Source: Squalus acanthias
Taxonomy: Eukaryota
Length of the DNA stretch: 64,000 nt
Direction: 5' to 3'
Assembly (NCBI GenBank): GCA_030390025.1
Contig: CM059431.1
Coordinates: 150,848,001-150,912,000 of the forward strand
Part shown: positions 60,732 to 64,000 of the stretch, one piece after another
Layout of the letters: each line of letters starts with the position of its first letter
Numbering within the stretch: position 1 is the first letter of the stretch
Position numbers and translations under genes: made by a program
The notes under the pieces: generated by a model
What the model was told of the DNA's origin: nothing
Database searches by the model: none
What the model saw: only the letters and a program-made list of their open reading frames with translations

Positions 60732-63700
60732 AATTAGTGGTAGTGAACGTACTCTAACATTACTTGTGGTGACCCTAATCTAACCTTACTGGTGTTGACC
60801 TTACTCTAACATTAATTGTGGTGAACCTTCTCTAACATTACTGATTGTGAAACTATTCTAATATTAAGGGTGGTGAGCCTATTCTAACCTTACTGTTGAT
60901 TACTACTCTTTTACATTACTGGTGGTTACACTGCTCGACCATTACTTGTGGTTACCATTCTCTAAATATAGAAATGCTAATCTGCTATAACATTATAATG
61001 GTTACTATACTCTAACATTCCTGGTGTTGACCTTATCTAACATTTCTTGTGGTGACACTACTCCAATGTTACTGGTGGTAATCCTACTCTAACATTAATG
61101 ATGGTGACACTACTGTAAGATTACTGGTGGTGATTCTACTGGTGATGATTATATTCTCAAATTACTGGAGGTAACCCTAGTCTAGCATTAATGGTGGTGA
61201 ACCTACACTAACATTACTTGCATTGTCCCTACTCTAACAGTACAGGTAGTGACCCTACTGTAACATTTCTGGTGATAAACCTATTCCAACATTACTGGAT
61301 TTGACCCTACTCTAACATTTCCGTTCGTGGTGCTTCTCTAACATTACTGGTGGTGATAGTATTCTTACCTTACTGGTGGTGACTCTACTCTATCATTACT
61401 GGTGGTGACCCAACTCTAACTTTGCTGGTGATGATCCTACTCTAACATTAATGGTGGTGACCCTAATTAAACATTACTGGTGGTGACCCTATCTATCATT
61501 ACTGATGTTGACAATACACTATCATTAATGGTGGTGACCCTCCTCTAACATTACTGGTGGTGATCCTACACTAACATTACTGGTGGTCACCCTAGTCTAA
61601 CAGTACTGGATGTGACCATGCTCTAACATTACTGTCTGTGGCTCTACTCTAATAGTGCTGCTGGTGACTCTATTCTAACATTACTGGTGGGGAATATAAA
61701 TGACATGAATGGTAGTGAGCCTACACTAACATTACTTGCGGTGAATGTAATCTAACATCACTGCTGGTGAATCAAATCTACCATTGCTGCTGGTGACCCT
61801 ACTCTAACATTTTTTGTGGCATACATTCTCTAACATTATTGGTGGTGACACTATTGTAACTTTATTGCTGGTGCCGCTACTCTAACATTACTGGTGGTGA
61901 CCAAAATCTAACATTACTTGTGTTGACACTAATCTAACATTACAGGTGATTACCCTACTCTAATATTACTATAAGTGATCCTACTCTAACATTACTGGTG
62001 GTGACCCTACTCTTATATTACTGGTGGTGTCCCTACTCTAACATTACATATGATGTCTATACTTTAACAATACTGGATTGTGACTCTACTCTAACATTAC
62101 TGGTGGTGACTCTACCATAATATTAATGCTGGTGACCCTACTCTAGCATTATTGGTGATAAACCTACTATAACATAACTGGTGGTGACTCTACCCTAGCA
62201 TTAATGCTGGTGACGCTACTCTAACATTACTGGTGTTTGATCTACTCCTTAACAATACTGGTGGCCACCCTTCTCTAACTTAACTGCTGGTGACCTTACT
62301 CTAACATTAATGGTGTTGACCCGACTCTAACATTACTGGTGATTAACCTAATTTATCATTACTGGTGGCGAACGTTCTCTAACATTACTGGTGGTGACCC
62401 TACTCTAACATTACAGGTATTTGCCCTACTCTATTATTAATGGTGGTGATCCTACTCTAAGATTACTGGTGGTGACCCTACTCTTCAACATTGGTGTCGA
62501 ATTTACTCAACATTATTGGTGGTGAATCTAATCTAACATTACTGGTGGCGACTCTACCCTAACATTACTGCTGGTGAATCTACTCTAACTTTAATGGTGT
62601 TGACCTTACTCTAACATTACTGGTTGTGACCCTACTGTAACATTAGTGGTGAAACTAATCTAACATTACTGGTGGTGAACCTAATATAAAATTACTGGTT
62701 GTGACCCTACTCTATCATTAGTGGTTAATCTAATCTAACATTACTGGTGATGAAATATCTCTCAAATTAATAGTGATCACCCTACTCTAAGATAACTGCT
62801 GGTGATTCAACTCTAACATTACCTGAGATGACCCTACTCTAACATTAATTGTGGTGACCCTACCATTACTGCTGGTGATCCTACTCTAACGTTCTGGTGG
62901 TGAGCCTATTCTAACATTTCTGTTGATTTCTCTGCTTTTACATTACTGCTGGTTACTCTGCTGTACCAGTACTGGTGGTTACCATTCTCTAAATATACTG
63001 GTGCTAACCTACTGTAACATTATAGGTGGTGCACTACTCTAACATTACTGGTGGTGACCCTACTCTAACATTACTGATGGCGACACCACTCCAACATTAC
63101 TGGTGGTGAGTCTTCTCTAACATTACTGATGTTGACTCTACTCTAACATTACTGATTGCGACACCACTCCAACATTACTGGTTTTGACTCTAATCTAACA
63201 TTAATGGTAGTGAGCCTATTCTTGCCTTACTGTTGATGACTCTGCTTTAACATTACTGGTGGTTACTCTGCTCTGCCTTACTGGTTGTTAACATTCTCTA
63301 ACTATACTGGTGCTCAACCTAATCTAACATTATACGTGGTGACTCTAGTCTAACATAACTGAGGTTTCGTTACTCTAACATTACTGATTATGACTCTACT
63401 CTAACATCACTGTATGCGACCGAACTCTAAATAAACTGCTGGTGACCCTACTCCAGCCTTACTCTTACCAATACTGGTGAGGACTCTACACTAACATCAC
63501 CGGTGTTGACTCTACTCCCTCATTTCTGGTTGTGAAAATAGTCTTACATTACTGATGTTGACTCTACTCTAACATTACTGGTGATGACTGAACTCTAATA
63601 TTACTGGGGGTGACACAACTATAACATTACTGGTCGTGAATCTACTGCAACGCGACTTATAATGACCCTTCTCTAACATTAATGGTGGTGATACTATCCT

Positions 63701-64000
63701 AACATTACTATTGGTGACCCCATTCTATCATTAAATGTTCTGCCTCTACTCTTACATTACTGGTGTTGACTCCACTCTAATATTACTAGTCGTGACCATT
63801 CACCAATATTGCTGGTTGTTACTCTGCTCTAACATAACTACTGGTGACCCGATTCTAACATTACTGATGGTGACCCTAGTCTCACATTACTGGTGTTGAC
63901 CACACCCTAAAATAACTGTTTGTGACTCTACTCTAGCATGACATGTGATCACCCGACTCTAACATTACTGTTGGTGAACCTACTTGAACATTACTGGTGA
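60732..64000 (+). repeat. 26-bp satellite array running off the window end
   Basis: Continuous degenerate CTCTAACATTACTGGTGGTGACCCTA units. Confidence 0.95.

Noticed and set aside
54657..64000. Regular short repeats resembling a CRISPR array
   Set aside because: Head-to-tail 26-bp degenerate monomers with no unique spacers, no cas genes and a eukaryotic context: satellite DNA.

Overview
Eukaryotic, repeat-saturated vertebrate DNA. The repeat complement (CR1 LINEs with an SGNH-esterase ORF1, Deu-domain SINEs, Penelope-like elements) and the GPCR type suggest a cartilaginous fish (inference). Almost all ORF-track entries are decayed retrotransposon fragments or their shadow frames. The only host gene I can support is a two-exon GPR139/GPR142-like class A GPCR (exon 1 31283-31352, exon 2 32440-33346) with one -1 frameshift. 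An inverted 3' paralog fragment (48030-48305) and a third copy of its downstream flank (17480-18644) indicate a duplicated GPCR cassette associated with a 26-bp satellite. The most notable non-coding signal is eight minimal type I hammerhead-ribozyme-like motifs in Penelope-type termini. Seven lie in four TSD-flanked fold-back insertions (220 bp, 300 bp, 465 bp, 3.7 kb) that share one architecture: one complete arm plus one inverted arm that stops inside a 3'-terminal hairpin. Coordinates were read by eye; degenerate repeat boundaries are approximate.
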